A stretch of 57,464 nucleotides of DNA from Faecousia sp. (GTDB taxonomy: Bacteria; Bacillota; Clostridia; Oscillospirales; Oscillospiraceae). A program made the translations under genes and the position numbers. The stretch is from the NCBI GenBank assembly GCA_045595205.1, contig JAZNZZ010000120.1, positions 1-57,464 on the forward strand, given 5' to 3'. Under the pieces are notes generated by a model. It was not told where the DNA came from. It did not search any database and saw only the letters and a program-made list of their open reading frames with translations. This document shows positions 56,267-57,464 of the stretch, piece by piece. The number at the start of each line of letters is the position of its first letter. Position 1 is the first letter of the stretch.

Positions 56267-57250
56267 ATGATCAGAATCGGAATCGTTGGATATGGAAATC
56301 TTGCAAAAGGTGCAGAAGCAGCAATTGCACAAAACCCGGATATGCAGCTTCAGGCGGTATTTACACGCAGAGATCCTGAAAATGTAACCATTCGGACAGA
56401 AGGCGTGCCGGTACTGCCTGTAAATTCTGTCTCCGAATGGGCGGATAAGATCGATGTAATGCTTCTATGTGGTGGAAGTGCTACCGATCTGCCAGAAATG
56501 ACCCCTCAATTCGCTGCTCAGTTCAATGTGATCGACAGCTTTGACAATCATGCGAATATTCCCGCGCATTATGCAAAAGTGGATGCTGCAGCCCGCGCGT
56601 CCGGTCATATTGCTTTGATCTCTGCAGGTTGGGACCCGGGTCTGTTTTCTGTAAACAGACTGTACGCTTCCGCTGTTCTTCCTTGCGGCAACCATTATAC
56701 CTTCTGGGGCAGGGGAGTCAGCCAGGGGCACTCTGATGCGGTTCGACGCATTCCCGGTGTCCTGGATTGCCGCCAATATACAATTCCTGTTCAAGAGGCA
56801 ATGGACCGTGTGCGTAATGGTGAGAATCCTGAATTTACGACAAGAGAAAAGCACACACGGCTCTGTTATGTCGTTGCAGAGGATGGCGCAGATCTGAAAG
56901 CGATCGAAAAACAAATTGTTACTATGCCAAACTATTTTGCAGATTATGATACCACCGTTGTGTTTATCAGTGCAGAAGAGATGAAAAAGGATCACTCCGG
57001 ACTTCCTCACGGTGGCAGTGTGATCCGCAGCGGTGTTACAGGCTGGGATCAGGAAAGCACACAGACCATTGAGTATAAGCTGACCCTTGATTCCAATCCT
57101 CAGTTTACTGCAAGTGTATTGGTTACCTGTGCCAGAGCAATTTTTAGGATGCATAAGAGAGGCATCACAGGCTGCCAGACAGTATTTGATATTGCACCGG
57201 TTGATCTGTCTTACGAATCCCGTGAAGATCTGATTTCAAAAATGCTATAA
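56267..57250 (+). CDS. ddh: meso-diaminopimelate dehydrogenase
   Basis: IGIVGYGNL, CGGSATDLP, DSFDNH, GWDPGLFS, TFWGRGVSQGHSDA, HGG, SNPQFTAS. Confidence 0.95.
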   Translation: MIRIGIVGYGNLAKGAEAAIAQNPDMQLQAVFTRRDPENVTIRTEGVPVLPVNSVSEWADKIDVMLLCGGSATDLPEMTPQFAAQFNVIDSFDNHANIPAHYAKVDAAARASGHIALISAGWDPGLFSVNRLYASAVLPCGNHYTFWGRGVSQGHSDAVRRIPGVLDCRQYTIPVQEAMDRVRNGENPEFTTREKHTRLCYVVAEDGADLKAIEKQIVTMPNYFADYDTTVVFISAEEMKKDHSGLPHGGSVIRSGVTGWDQESTQTIEYKLTLDSNPQFTASVLVTCARAIFRMHKRGITGCQTVFDIAPVDLSYESREDLISKML

Positions 57251-57255
57251 ATAAA

Positions 57256-57300
57256 TGACAAAATGACACCACCGGAACAGGCGGTGTCATTTTGTCAAAA
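57256..57300. terminator. Long hairpin terminator after ddh
   Basis: TGACAAAATGACACC...GGTGTCATTTTGTCA, 15-bp arms. Confidence 0.75.
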
Positions 57301-57336
57301 GAATGTGAATTGGCAATAACACGATTGTTTGCTAAT

Positions 57337-57462
57337 TTAATTAAACTCTGCGTTTCTTAAGGGACGCAGCTCCTCTTCATCACAAGAAGATGAGATTGCT
57401 TCGTAATACGCATCTTCCGTCAAAAAGGTTCTGTTGGACGAAAATGACGAAAATACTTCCTG
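57337..57462 (-). CDS. Possible 3' end of a convergent gene entering from outside the window
   Basis: Open minus-strand frame QEVFSSFSSNRTFLTEDAYYEAISSSCDEEELRPLRNAEFN* ending just before the hairpin; too short to identify. Confidence 0.35.
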   Translation of the reverse strand, partial: QEVFSSFSSNRTFLTEDAYYEAISSSCDEEELRPLRNAEFN

Positions 57463-57464
57463 CA

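Noticed and set aside
1-57464. CRISPR arrays, tRNA/rRNA genes, riboswitches, IS elements
   Set aside because: Intergenic spaces are short and explained by promoters and terminators. No periodic repeats or recognisable RNA motifs were seen by eye; a covariance-model search would be needed to fully exclude small RNAs.

Overview
A 57.5-kb chromosomal segment from an anaerobic Firmicute. Gene content suggests Clostridia, probably Oscillospiraceae-like (inference). I found no rRNA, tRNA, CRISPR array, transposase or prophage genes. In order, the window holds: (1) a housekeeping/DNA-repair block with mfd (partial), pth, prs, uvrA, a degenerate histidine-kinase-like gene, radC, a DHFR-fold protein, a membrane nuclease and uvrB; (2) an AraC-linked cytoplasmic amino-sugar catabolic locus (GH89-like hydrolase, class II aldolase, PfkB kinase, a 984-aa putative glycosidase, a MurQ/GKRP-like SIS protein, a NagB-like deaminase); (3) an apparently inactive deacetylase, luxS-mtnN and a secreted repeat protein; (4) a LysR gene followed by an mdh-hdrBCA-flxDCBA-frdBA-AAE exporter operon, a likely electron-bifurcating succinate pathway with candidate LysR operators; (5) ThrE, DegV, copA with a possible nested CopZ start, an unlisted 44-aa ORF, truA, an ArsC/Spx-family gene, an AGCS symporter, GS III, an aminotransferase and GtrA; (6) an operon pairing an orphan EctB-type diaminobutyrate transaminase with a MurT/GatD pair whose glutaminase triad appears lost; then a Gfo/Idh/MocA oxidoreductase and ddh. 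Block 6 is the best candidate for an undescribed system: possibly ligation of a diamino compound, instead of ammonia, onto peptidoglycan D-Glu. All family calls come from motif recognition by eye; no searches were run.
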